Below the pieces are notes generated by a model that was not told the DNA's origin, did not search any database, and worked only from the letters and a program-made list of their open reading frames with translations. A stretch of DNA of 64,000 bases, from NCBI RefSeq assembly GCF_041381155.1, contig NC_091134.1:61182902-61246901 (forward strand). Reading direction: 5' to 3'. Source of the stretch: Argopecten irradians. Taxonomy: Eukaryota. Shown here piece by piece: positions 13,178-25,289 of this stretch (the stretch's first letter is position 1; each line of letters begins with the position of its first letter). The position numbers were made by a program, and so were the translations under genes.

Positions 13178-13258
13178 GCAACATTGACTGCTGAAATAGG
13201 CGACCAGGAAATAGCAGCTTTAGTGACCAAATCTGACCGATATGTCACCAAAGGAAAG
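13178..13258 (+). CDS. Gene A exon (ATLTAEIGDQEIAALVTKSDRYVTKGK)
   Basis: Acceptor tcttctgcag| and donor ggaaag|gtaaga. It is 81 nt and phase 0. Confidence 0.6.
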
Positions 13259-13453
13259 GTAAGACAGCTCACAAGTGCTAAACAATAACGTGACGGCATC
13301 AATACATGTGGCGTAACTGCGGCGTGCATTGTAGATGACGTCATCAATATTGACGCATAACAACATTCCTGCGATAATGGCGCGATGAAAAAGCTGAAAA
13401 CCAACTGGAATTTCATCATTTTTTCTACAAAGTATGGGAGAAAAAGAATCAAA

Positions 13454-13552
13454 CATGGGTCTGTCAAGTGGACAAGCCTCGGGTTGACCGGCCAAAATCT
13501 TTCACTCGGGTTGAGATATCCCTGTCCACTTGACAGACCCATGTAAGATCCT
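13454..13552. mobile_element. Small hairpin MITE. It has 24-bp perfect inverted repeats (catgggtctgtcaagtggacaag / cttgtccacttgacagacccatg) with a ~50-bp loop. A related half-copy lies at about 29245-29275.
   Basis: Direct reading. Confidence 0.55.
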
Positions 13553-13792
13553 AGTAGTCTCCTATGATCCAGTTTGCTAGTTTTTCTTAGATCTGTACTA
13601 GAAAAAGTAATTCTCCCATAATCTGTCAATGTCCCGTTTCCAGTTTGTAACATGTACATGTACTTGGAAAAGTAAAACAAAGGACTCACATGTGACTTTC
13701 CTTGATTTAAGCATGATATGTTGATTTTTAGTTTCAGTTTTAAGATGTTTGTACAGATTCAGGGAATTTCCACTAACATTTTGATGTTACAG

Positions 13793-13873
13793 ATTTTACA
13801 CCGTTTGGCAGCCAAAGCAATCATTCGTGATTGGGAGGATGGACTGCTCTCCCCAGATGGTCTAAATCAACAG
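13793..13873 (+). CDS. Gene A exon (ILHRLAAKAIIRDWEDGLLSPDGLNQQ)
   Basis: Acceptor ttgatgttacag| and donor caacag|gtaaga. HRLAA is a VWA5A-like motif. Confidence 0.7.
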
Positions 13874-14688
13874 GTAAGATGTCTTTTTAAGAATATTACT
13901 TTATCAACTGTGGTTTATATTTCTATACTGTTGTGTGTGGTATTTTAATACCATTGGTTTGGAAAAGTTTAGTTCAACATATGTGTATGTTGTTCAAGAC
14001 ACAAACATGTATTTCTTATAAAAGTGTTTTGAAACTCTTCTGGAATCTTCTAAGCCTTGACACTTTGAGCTGCACACAGGATTTACCTAGTAACTGGTTT
14101 ATAAGTGATTGTCCAAAAAAGGATCACATATAAACCGGGCAGCGGTCCAAAATCTTAATATATACCGGCTACAGGTCTCTTATAGACCAGTTAAGGGTAC
14201 ATTCTGTGCCTTCCATGAAATGTAACACAAAAGGAACAAAAGGGTTTACACTATATTAAACTGTGTTTTAAGGGTTAAATAGACAATCTTTGGACACCTT
14301 CTTCTAAGTTACATATAGGCCAATAGCCTTATTATTTCTTAAAATGAATGGCTTTGAAAATTAATTCATGATTACAGGAATGAAGTAAGTTTTAAGTTTT
14401 AATAAGGATTGTTAACTCGATGTCCAAGGCCTTGGCAGTTGATATAAACATGGGCCTGTAGAATGCTTGAGTTTTGGAATGTGCTAGGTTTATTGATGGA
14501 AGAAAGTCAGAATACCCGGAGAAAAACCACTGACCAGCAGTCAGTACCTAGCAATTCGAATTCACGACCCAGAGGTTGAAGGCTTGTGGTTACACCCCCC
14601 CCTAAATTTGCTCTTGTTATAGAACATCTCATTGACATTAACTTTTGTATACATAGTTTGACCGTCTGAATTAATGTTTTTATTTCAG

Positions 14689-14790
14689 AGAATGAAGATG
14701 GACCTAAAAGGCTATGTTATAAAGCTTAGCAAAGAGTTCTGTATAGTGACTTCACTAACTAGCTTCATCGCAGTGGAAAAACGTGAAAAG
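14689..14790 (+). CDS. Gene A exon (RMKMDLKGYVIKLSKEFCIVTSLTSFIAVEKREK)
   Basis: Acceptor tttatttcag| and donor gaaaag|gtctga. TSFIAVE compares with SSFTAFIAI in VWA5A and ITIH. Confidence 0.7.
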
Positions 14791-15209
14791 GTCTGAGAGA
14801 AAACTTAATTTCAAAAATGTAACTTTGAAGTTAAGAGTTTGTATTTTGTTGTACTTTTGGCCGTTCTGCTCTTCCTATCAATATATATATATAGAAACAA
14901 CCACATTATGGATATTTCTAAATAAATGTCACAGTAGGTTATTTTGTACTATGCCCCCTATGAAACAACTCTGTTGTTTCTATTGCATTATTATAGCTTT
15001 AGTTTTAAAACAATCTTGAATACTTTAGTACAAAAAGTCTGAAATTTTCTGATTATAATAATAGAAAGACATTTATAGAAATGAGATAATATTTTCTTCT
15101 AACAAGGTATTTTGTTATATCTTTACATATGAGCTGTTTATAAAAGGCTGACAAAATCATTGTGTGTTGACTTGTAATAGTGGTGATGTACTTGTCTGAT
15201 TAATAATAG

Positions 15210-15335
15210 GATGAAGAAATGACATGTGCTCCGGATATCTATGAACTCTTGGATGAAGTGCGAGAAAATGTTTGTTCATTCCTTCGCCTCGACATCACCC
15301 CAAATGATTTTGAAGCAGCTCTAGATTCTGATGAT
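15210..15335 (+). CDS. Gene A exon (DEEMTCAPDIYELLDEVRENVCSFLRLDITPNDFEAALDSDD)
   Basis: Acceptor ttaataatag| and donor gatgat|gtaagt. It is 126 nt and phase 0. There is no homology support beyond frame and splice sites. Confidence 0.5.
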
Positions 15336-15417
15336 GTAAGTGTGTTTTTAGATATAATCAAGCCTTCAGATTACTAAAAGGTTATTAGTAAGGCTTGTAA
15401 GACAAATTTACTTCAGA

Positions 15418-16382
15418 TAGGGCTGAAACGATTAGTAATTTTTGTATTCAATTATTTGGTCTCATGTAATCGATTACTAATCGATTAATCGTTTGAATTG
15501 AAGGCAACTATATTGTTTCACTACTGACTACTGAAAACGTCCGCCATGTTTTGTTATCAACTAATAATAACACCTACCGTATAATATGACAGAGGACATG
15601 CCTTATATAATATAAGCCTACCAATATCCCAATGATATTTAAATCTCTGCAACAAATAAGAATAGATTTATTGACAAAACAAACGTATTTTATCCCAAAT
15701 AAGCTCTGAATTCCGTTCCTGTATTGTCTTCCGTAACATCGTTTAAATCAAGTCTGCTAACCCGCTGTTTTGACGTGACCTTCACACGTACGACTAATCA
15801 ACCAAATCTGGATCGCCACGGAGCAACATGACCAAATTTTCGTCAATGAACTTTTTTATTTCCGTGATCAAAAAAACAAAATAAATCAACAACTCTTATA
15901 TTCAATTAGAATATGAACAAAAACATTCTTTTTATATGATAAACACATGCAATAGTAAAATCTAAATGTTCAAGATTACTGCTCCTTCCGCTCCCGAGCG
16001 TCCCGGCGGCGATTAGGCCTCCGTGACGTAACAACATGGAGTCGATCGCTAGTGAAAATTGGCGAACAGCGTGTTGCAAGCTTTCTCATGACATCCACTT
16101 TTTCATTGATTAATGACTTTAACTTCCACAGAGACGTAATTTAACAAGTATTTCTCACATCATATATGCTTTGTTGAGTTCAAAACATGTACATAAAGAG
16201 ATGAAACTCCAGTCGGAATGGCTTACTCAGAAATCCATGATCTGTCAACGTGTTTAGTCAGCTTACAATGCACTGGCTATGCATGTTACGATTAACGATT
16301 AATAAAATCTTTAATCGATTATCAGCAATTAGCTTCATTAATCTAATCGCCTCCGATTATTCGACTAATCGTTTCAGCCCTA
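15418..16382. mobile_element. Non-autonomous hAT-superfamily DNA transposon (~965 bp). It has 18-bp perfect TIRs (TAGGGCTGAAACGATTAG) and an 8-bp target-site duplication ACTTCAGA (15410-15417 and 16383-16390).
   Basis: TIR and TSD read directly. An 8-bp TSD plus a TAGGG.. terminus is the hAT hallmark. There is no transposase ORF inside. Confidence 0.75.
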
Positions 16383-17194
16383 ACTTCAGACCATAGGCAC
16401 ATTTTTAGTAGGGGGGAGGAGGGCAGTATTCTTGAATCAACGATCCCCACCTGTCCGTAGAAAAAAATGTCCAGACACTTCCACCTTATTTATTGAATCA
16501 ATTTCAGTGAAACTTGGCAGCAACGCTGGCAGGGCCATGTGTAGATGTGTATGCAGGTTTTATCTTATAAAAAATTTGGTTGCCAAGGTAAACAGGTCAC
16601 TGTACACAGGTTTTATAATGTAGCCAATGACTAAGCTTGTTGTTAAATTTTGGATAATTTTCTTCAAACTTGGTGAATTGTTGTAACACATGGATATCTA
16701 TAATTTGACACACCACATGATTCCATAGCAGTTTTTATGGAAAAAAGATTGTACATAGATAATCTCATTTACTCTCTGATATCTTAAGCATGCACTATGA
16801 TTACCAGGTACCAGGTGAGCGATTTTATTGTGTTCATGAAACTTAACCCTGTTATCTGACGTAAATGACCATACAATGTAGTTTGTTTCTGCCGAATAAT
16901 TATGTAATGAGAGCAATATCTGACATTTAAATCAATTTGTAAGTTTTAATTGTAATATTAAATACTTCACAATTACTTAGTCGGTATATCCAAAGATGTA
17001 ATGTAAATAAAAAACAAAAAGAAAAAAAAACCTCTGAGCCTTGTGTTTCCGTAAGGTTGTCAGTTATACACATATTTCATAACTTAATATTAATGTCATA
17101 CAATTGAGACACAAAACCTTAATTAACCACTTTGTTGGAACTGTCCAAAAGTATATACTTTTCATAGACATACAGAATTCTGATTTATTCTCAG

Positions 17195-17233
17195 GAATCC
17201 ACCAGTTATTCGACAGATGATACCGGTGAACAT
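17195..17233 (+). CDS. Gene A micro-exon (ESTSYSTDDTGEH)
   Basis: Acceptor tgatttattctcag| and donor gaacat|gtaagt. It is 39 nt and phase 0. Support is weak because it is short. Confidence 0.4.
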
Positions 17234-17274
17234 GTAAGTAATACATCAATTATTGTATGGATGTACCTTAAGGT

Positions 17275-18512
17275 GGCTAAGATGTGATATTGTTTATGTA
17301 GACAGAAGATCAAGTAAATGAGGTAGAGGTGTGATATTGTTTATGTAGACAGAAGATCAAGTAAATGAGGTAGAGGTGTGATATTATTTATGTAGACAGA
17401 AGATCAGGTAAATGAGGAAGAGATGTGATATTGTTTATGTAGACAGAAGATCAGGTAAATGAGGCTGAGATGTGATATTGTTTATGTAGACAGAAGGTCA
17501 GGTAAATGAGGTAGAGATGTGATATTGTTTATGTAGACAGAAGATCAGGTAAATGGGGTAGAGATGTGATATTGTTTATGTAGACAGAAGATCAAGTAAA
17601 TGAGGTAGAGATGTGATATTGTTTATGTAGACAGAAGATCAGGTAAATGAGGTAGAGATGTGATATTGTTTATGTAGACAGAAGATCAGGTAAATGAGGT
17701 AGAGATGTGATATTATTTATGTAGACAGAAGATCAGGTTAATGAGGTAGAGATGTGATATTGTTTATGTAGACAGAAGTTTAGTAAAAATGGGTAGTGAT
17801 ATGATATTGTTTATGTAGACAGAAGATCAGGTAAATGAGGTAGAGATGTGATATTGTTTATGTAGACAGAAGATCAGGTTAATGAGGTAGAGATGTGATA
17901 TTGTTTATGTAGACAGAAGATCAGGTAAATGAGGCTGAGATGTGATATTGTTTATGTAGACAGAAGATCAGGTAAATGAGGAAGAGATGTGATATTGTTT
18001 ATGTAGACAGAAGATCAGGTAAATGAGGTAGAGATGTGATATTGTTTATGTAGACAGAAGACCAGGTTAATGAGGTAGAGATGTGATATTGTTTATGTAG
18101 ACAGAAGACCAGGTTAATGAGGTAGAGATGTGATATTGTTTATGTAGACAGAAGACCAGGTTAATGAGGTAGAGATGTGATATTGTTTATGTAGACATAA
18201 GATCAGGTAAATGAGTTAGAGATGTGATATTGTTTATGTAGACAGAAGATCAGGTAAATGAGGTAGATATGTGATATTGTTTATGTAGACAGAAGATCAG
18301 GTAAATGAGGTAGAGATGTGATATTGTTTATGTAGACAGAAGATCAAGTAAATGAGGTAGAGATGTGATATTGTTTATGTAGACAGAAGATCAGGTAAAT
18401 GAGGTAGAGATGTGATATTGTTTATGTAGACAGAAGATCAAGTAAATGAGGTAGAGATGTGATATTGTTTATGTAGACAGAAGATCAGGAAATGAGGTAG
18501 AGATGTGATATT
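17275..18512. repeat. 37-bp minisatellite (unit ~tgtgatattgtttatgtagacagaagatcaggtaaatgaggtagaga) x ~33, left block
   Basis: Direct reading. It sits in a gene A intron. Confidence 0.9.
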
Positions 18513-18514
18513 GT

Positions 18515-20370
18515 TTTTAGGTCATCTGACCCGAAGGGTCAGGATGACCTATAGTCATCATGTTTCATCCGTCATCGTCCGCCGTCCGCCGTCCGCCGTG
18601 CGTTAACTTTTCACATTTTGAACTTCTTCTCAAGTTCTACCAGTGCAATTTGGCTGAAACTTGCATGAAATGATCCTGACATGGTCCCGACAAAGTGTTG
18701 TTATTTTTCGGGTCGATCCGAAATCAAAGATGGCCGCCACAGCCGCCATCTTGAAAACACATTTTGAACTTCTTCTCAAGTTCTACCGGTGCGATTTGAC
18801 TGAAACTTGCATGAAATGATCCTGACATGGTCCCGACAAAGTGTTGTTAATTTTCAGGTCGATCCGAAATCCAAGATGGCCGCCACAGCCACCATCTTGA
18901 AAACACATTTTGAACTTCTTCTAAAGTTCTACTGGTGCGCTGAAACTTGCATGAAATGATCCTGACATGGTCCTGACAAAGTGTTGTTATTTTTCGGGTC
19001 GATCCGAAATCCAAGATGGCCGCCACAGTCGCCATCTTGAAAACACATTTTGAACTTCTTCTCAAGTTCTACTGGTGCGATTTGGCTGAAAATTGCATGA
19101 AATGATCCTGACATGGTCCTGACAAAGTGTTGTTATTTTTCGGGTCGATCCGAAATCCAAGATGGCAGCCACAGCCGCCATCTTGAAAACACATTTTGAA
19201 CTTCTTCTCAAGTTCTACTGGTGCGATTTGGCTGAAACTTGCATGAAATGATCCTGACATGGTCCCGACAAAGTGTTGTTATTTTTCGGGTCGATCCCAA
19301 ATCCAAGATGGCCGCCACAGCCGCCATCTTGAAAACACATTTTGAACTTCTCAAGTTCTACCGGTGCGATTTGGCTGAAACTTGCATGAAATGATCCTGA
19401 CATGGTCCCGACAAAGTGTTGTTATTTTTCGGGTCGATCCGAAATCCAAGATGGCCGCCACAGCCGCCATCTTTAAAACACATTTTGAACTTCTCAAGTT
19501 CTACCGGTGCGATTTGGCTGAAACTTGCATGAAATGATCCTGACATGGTCCCGACAAAGTGTTGTTATTTTTCGGGTCGATCCGAAATCCAAGATGGCCG
19601 CCACAGCCGCCATCTTGAAAACACATTTTGAACTTCTTCTCAAGTTCTACCGGTGCGATTTGACTGAAACTTGCATGAAATGATCCTGACATGGTCCAAA
19701 CAAAGTGTTGTTATTTTTCGGGTCGATCCGAAATCCAAGATGGCCGCCACAGCCGCCATCTTGAAAACACATTTTGAACTTCTTCTCAAGTTCTACTGGT
19801 GCGATTTGACTGAAACTTGCATGAAATGATCCTGGCATGGTCCCGACAAAGTGTTGTTATTTTTCGGGTCGATCCGAAATCCAAGATGGCCACCACAGCC
19901 GCCATCTTGAAAACACATTTTGAACTTCTTCTCAAGTTCTACCGGTGCGGTTTGACTGAAACTTGCATGAAATGATCCTGACATGGTCCTGACAAAGTGT
20001 TGTTATTTTTTAGGTTGATACGAAACCCAAGATGGCAGCCACAGCCGCCATCTTGAAAACATATTTCGAACTTCTTCTCAAGTTCTACCGGTGCGATTTG
20101 GCTGAAACTTGCATGAAATGATCCTGACATGGGCCCGACAAAGTATTGTTACATCTCTGGTTGATCACAAATCGAAGCTGGCTACCATGACACTCTATCT
20201 AATTAATTTCCTATATGTTAAGGCCCTTGGGCCTCTTGTTTGAAATAAAATTTGTTGAAAGAAATTGAAAATGATCCTGACATGGTCCTGACAAAGTGAC
20301 ACCATATATAATTAATTTTACTATTGCCAAGGTAGTCAGATGACCGTTAAGGCCCTTTGGGCCTCTTGTT
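18515..20370 (-). mobile_element. HINE-like element carrying satellite C, inserted inside the 37-bp minisatellite. On the + strand it reads, in order:
- TTTTAG + hairpin (ggtcatctgacccgaagggtcaggatgacc)
- (CCGT/CCGC)n
- ~146-bp satellite C x ~10.5 (18603-20150)
- duplicated tail ..gtcagatgaccgttaaggccctttgggcctcttgtt
   Basis: The minisatellite unit is split (..gatattgttt | element | gtagacataagatcagg..) and resumes in phase. The tail contains gtcagatgacc, which is complementary to the head stem ggtcatctgac (an asymmetric TIR). Confidence 0.65.
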
Positions 20371-22195
20371 GTAGACATAAGATCAGGTAAATGAGGAAGA
20401 GATGTGATATTATGAAGACAGAAGATCAGGTAAATGAGGAAGAGATGTGATATTGTTTATGTAGACAGAAGATCAGGTAAATGAGGTAGAGATGTGATAT
20501 TGTGTATGTAGACAGAAGATAAGGTAAATGAGGTAGAGATGTGATATTGTTTTTGTAGACAGAAGATAAGGTAAATGAGGAAGAGATGTGATATTGTTTT
20601 TGTAGACAGAAGATCAGGTAAATGGGGTAGAGATGTGATATTGTTTATGTAGACAGAAGATCAGGTAAATGAGGTAGAGGTGTGATATTGTTTATGTAGA
20701 CAGAAGATCAGGTAAATGAGGTAGAGATGTGATATTGTTTATGTAGACAGAAGATCAAGTAAATGAGGTAGAGGTGTGATATTGTTTATGTAGACAGAAG
20801 ATCAAGTAAATGAGGTAGAGATGTGATATTGTTTATGTAGACAGAAGATCAGGTAAATGAGGAAGAGATGTGATATTGTTTATGTAGACAGAAGATCAAG
20901 TAAATGAGGTAGAGGTGTGATATTGTTTATGTAGACAGAAGATCAAGTAAATGAGGTAGAGGTGTGATATTGTTTATGTAGACAGAAGATCAGGTTAATG
21001 AGGTAGAGATGTGATATTGTTTATGTAGACAGAAGACCAGGTTAATGAGGTAGAGATGTGATATTGTTTATGTAGATAGAAGATCAGGTAAATGAGGTAG
21101 AGATGTGATATTGTTTATGTAGACAGAAGATCAGGTTAATGAGGTAGAGATGTGATATTGTTTATGTAGACAGAAGGTCAGGTAAATGAGGTAGAGATGT
21201 GATATTGTTTATGTAGACAGAAGGTCAGGTAAATGAGGTAGAGATGTGATATTGTTTATGTAGACAGAAGGTCAGGTAAATGAGGTAGAGATGTGATATT
21301 GTTTATGTAGACAGAAGATCAGGTAAATGAGGTAGAGATGTGATATTGTTTATGTAGACAGAAGATCAGGTAAATGAGGTAGAGATGTGATATTGTTTAT
21401 GTAGACAGAAGACCAGGTAAATGAGGTAGAGATGTGATATTGTTTATGTAGACAGAAGATCAGGTTAATGAGGTAGAGATGTGATATTGTTTATGTAGAC
21501 AGAAGATCAGGTAAATGAGGTAGAGATGTGATATTGTTTATGTAGACAGAAGATCAAGTAAATGAGGTTGAGATGTGATATTGTTTATGTAGACAGAAGA
21601 TCAGGTAAATGAGGTAGAGATGTGATATTGTTTATGTAGACAGAAGATCAGGTAAATGAGGTAGAGATGTGATATTGTTTATGTAGACAGAAGATCAGGT
21701 AAATGAGGTTGAGATGTGATATTGTTTATGTAGACAGAAGATCAGGTAAATGAGGAAGAGATGTGATATTGTTTATGTAGACAGAAGATCAGGTTAATGA
21801 GGTAGAGATGTATATGTTTATGTAGACAGAAGATCATAATGAGGTGTGTGATATGTTATGTAGACAGAAGATCAGGTAAATGAGGTAGAGATGTGATATT
21901 GTTTATGTAGACAGAAGATCAGGTAAATGAGGTAGAGATGTGATATTGTTTATGTAGACAGAAGATCAGGTAAATGAGGTAGAGATGTGATATTGTTTAT
22001 GTAGACAGAAGATCAGGTAAATGAGGTAGAGATGTGATATTGTTTATGTAGATAGAAGATCAGGTAAATGAGGTAGAGATGTGATATTGTTTATATAGAC
22101 AGAAGGTAAGGTAAATGAGGTAGAGATGTGATATTGTTTATGTAGATAGAAGATCAGGTAAATGAGGTTGAGATGTGATATTGTGTAGACAAAAG
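20371..22195. repeat. 37-bp minisatellite, right block x ~49
   Basis: Same unit as the block at 17275-18512. Confidence 0.9.
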
Positions 22196-22610
22196 ATAAG
22201 GTAAATAGAGGTCAATCATTTAAATCGATGCATGTCATAATATTCTTCATGGATTGTAACCAAATTTGGCCAGAAACATCCTCTAAGAGTTTGTATAGTT
22301 ATTGGCTCTGACCCCCTGGGGCAGGAGGGGCGAGGTTTAATAGGAGAAATAGAGGTAATTCCTTTAAATCGCTACTAGTCATAGAGTTCTGCATTAAATT
22401 TGGCTAGAAACATCTTTTGAGGAAGGGGAACAGACTGTTTATAAATTTTGGCTGTAAAGCAGAATAAGTGGAGCCTAATGGGGAAATTAGTAAATATCTA
22501 AATTTACTTCAGAAAAGAAACAATGAACCTGTAATCAGAACCTTACTTGGCATTACAAACCAGGTGAGCGATACAGGCCCTCTTGGCCTCTTGTTTAGAT
22601 GATTTCAATA
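22196..22610 (-). mobile_element. Headless fragment of a satellite-D element: ~1.7 monomers plus tail (..accaggtgagcgatacaggccctcttggcctcttgttt)
   Basis: It matches the 31054-33057 element at the monomer and tail. Confidence 0.55.
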
Positions 22611-22673
22611 CTTTTCTCTTTACTTTATTTTTGAATATAAACTGATAATTAGATAAGTTTTGTCTCTTGATAG

Positions 22674-22709
22674 GAAGAAGAAGAAAAGAAGGGTGAAAGT
22701 GATAGAAAG
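22674..22709 (+). CDS. Gene A micro-exon (EEEEKKGESDRK)
   Basis: Acceptor ttgtctcttgatag| and donor agaaag|gtaaca. It is 36 nt. Support is weak. Confidence 0.35.
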
Positions 22710-23640
22710 GTAACATCTGGAAATTGACCATAATAAGATTGATTATTTAGCCTTTACAAGCAATTTATTGTTCTGTTTATTATGTGCAACACTCAATAAA
22801 CAAACAGGATACTTTATGATTGGAAACATTGCACAAATCGTGGCTAAACAAACTCTTGAAAAAAAAACTATCATACACCAATCCAAAAAAATGCCCTGCA
22901 CTTAACAATGAAGGGCTACTTATATAATAAATCCAAATTTGGACACGCTTTTCATAAAATTATTGCATGTACCAGGGAGGAGATTAAAGTAAGGCCATAA
23001 ATCACTATTTTGTAAAAGAAATCAAGGAAAGAAAACTTCACAGTTCTTATATTTTCAGTCTGCATTTGATTCGTGGTAAGTGAATTTGAGACTTCAAAAA
23101 CGGGGAGGGGCGCTTATTGTGTCGGTATAGGGTAATCATGTTTTCAGTCTGTATTTAGTAAAGAAAATTTTATTAAAAGATTTAAATTCAGGGTAATTGA
23201 ACTTAAATGCCTTGAAAAGGGGGAACCAAAATTTTATATCTGACTTCTGTATTTGACCCAGTAAGCACCCTACCCCTATCAGTTCCTCTCCCCCAGTTTT
23301 GAAGCCTCAATTTCACATACCTCAAATTAGATGGAGACAAATATATGAAAAACCAAATTAAATCATTTCTTGTTTTGATTTCTTTAATTTGCAAATTGAT
23401 TTATGGCTTACTGTGTGCAATTATGTTATGAAATTAATGGCCGTCTTATTTCTTTCAATTTTTGAAGCATACTGTGCACTTCTGGGGTCAATTGTGATAA
23501 TACATTAATTTTGTAGTATGTAATTAAAAAATAAAATTAATATAGTGACTTGCTTATATGAACAAGTTCAATAGTGTTTAATGGGTTTAGATTTTGAATT
23601 AATTGAAAATTTTAGATATTTTGTTTTCCTTTTTTGATAG

Positions 23641-23693
23641 AGTCCAGTACCACGTCAGTATGCCTTTTTTGGGGCAGGAGGTGATGATTATGA
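23641..23693 (+). CDS. Gene A exon (SPVPRQYAFFGAGGDDY-)
   Basis: Acceptor ttccttttttgatag| and donor tatga|gtaagt. It ends in phase 2 and joins in-frame to the next exon. Confidence 0.45.
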
Positions 23694-24434
23694 GTAAGTC
23701 TTAGTTGTAAAAATTACTTCAATTTAATGGAGTCAATTTAAAAGCATAATTCAATACCAGCGAGTTTATCACATCATTTGAAAATATAAAAATGCTAATA
23801 TAAGAAAATAATGAACAACAATGATTGACATATTAAGTCCTTTTATTGGCTCAGTAGCGTATTTTTAAGACTGAGTTGGTTCAAGTAAATAACCTTGACT
23901 TTCATTTAAGTCTGAAAAGAATATTTAGTATTTTGTCTCTGTACTAAAGAGGCCTATACCATCTTCTCCACCTGATTATCACCCCCATTGGTCCATCCAG
24001 GTGATATGGTATGTCACCAAAACTATGTCAGTGTGACCTATTTTGAATTGAATTGTGACCTCAATTTAATGAAAAAATCACTTGTTTAGGGTCTTTCTTC
24101 TATATAATAAGGCACACTGAAGCATCGTACTTGGGAAACGGGGTTCATCTAGATGAGACATAGTGTTTCATACCAAAACCAGTACAATTGTTCAGTACCA
24201 TTTGTGTAGTTATATCAGTGTTTATATTTCAGTTCAAATGGCTATATATATTGTCTACTTGAAACTTTAGTAGATGGATGAGACTTTGAACTACATATAA
24301 GATATGTTGGTTAATGGGTATAATAAAGTAGGTGAAATAAATTTCATGCCATTGAATTGACTTGCTGTTGATCAGTACATGTTTGTATGTAGTTTAGAAT
24401 GTTATATTGAAGATGGTCTCAAACTCTTTTTTAG

Positions 24435-24525
24435 AGTGATTTCATCTTCCCATGATCATGACATTCCCACTGCTAATCCTGAATACTGTCTAATGTCTCA
24501 AGAGAAAGAATCTCCAGAAGACGTT
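24435..24525 (+). CDS. Gene A exon (-E VISSSHDHDIPTANPEYCLMSQEKESPEDV)
   Basis: Acceptor ctcttttttag| and donor gacgtt|gtaagt. The phase completes the GA- from the previous exon. Confidence 0.45.
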
Positions 24526-24897
24526 GTAAGTATAAATCATTGCCTTTTGTCTGTCTTCTTGTGTCCCTAAACAATTGATATTTTAAACTTCTCCAAAACT
24601 ACAAAAGCAAATTAAAAAAAACTTCTTAGGCATTAAGACCATTGAAAATGGTGAATTGTGTGGCCACTTTCCCTAGGAGGCTGTGGGGCCGGTCAAAAAG
24701 GCTGTAATTCACTAGAATTTCAAAAGTTGTCTTCTCAATTTACTTATGAAGTAGGATCAAATACTCTTCATATATAGAAGGATCATTATAAGGTTCTTTT
24801 CAGAAATTGTGAATTTCTTGGTCCTGGGATCTCAGCTTATCCCCTGGGGAGGGGATCAAATTGAATATAATAAACAATTATGGCCCTCTGTGGAGGA

Positions 24898-24992
24898 ATA
24901 CATCTAGAATTGTCTCCCTGGAAAGAGTTATTTTCTCGAGGGCGAAGCCCGAGAGAAAATAACTCTTTCCAGGGAGACAATTCTAGATGTAT
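24898..24992. repeat. Near-perfect hairpin. It has ~41-bp inverted repeats (atacatctagaattgtctccctggaaagagttattttctcg) around a 12-nt loop.
   Basis: The reverse complement was verified by eye. Confidence 0.7.
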
Positions 24993-25289
24993 CCGGACAC
25001 ATAGGAACATAATTATTTTATTATACCGAACAAAATTAAAAGAAAAAAAAATCTCTGTTAAAAGAACCCAAGAAGATGTTTCCCAACAACAACGTTGTTA
25101 AATATTCGTTGGGCTACAAAAAATAAATAACAGCATTGCCATTGTTGGTTGACGTTGCAGATGACGTCAACTTCCGGTCACGTGCGGTTATTTCCCTCGC
25201 CTTCCAATTCCGGGGAAACATCTAACTTATGCAATATCATGTGATCAAGTTTAATCCAATCAGAACATTCTAAATGAAAATGAGGTATA

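Noticed and set aside
18847-20130. Series of nine minus-strand ORFs of 61-63 aa (MSGSFHASFSQIAPVELEKKFKMCFQDGGCGGHLGFRIDPKNNN...) at a regular ~146-bp spacing
   Set aside because: They are one ORF per satellite-C monomer. The periodicity equals the repeat unit and each ends at the same in-repeat stop. They are repeat artefacts, not a gene family.
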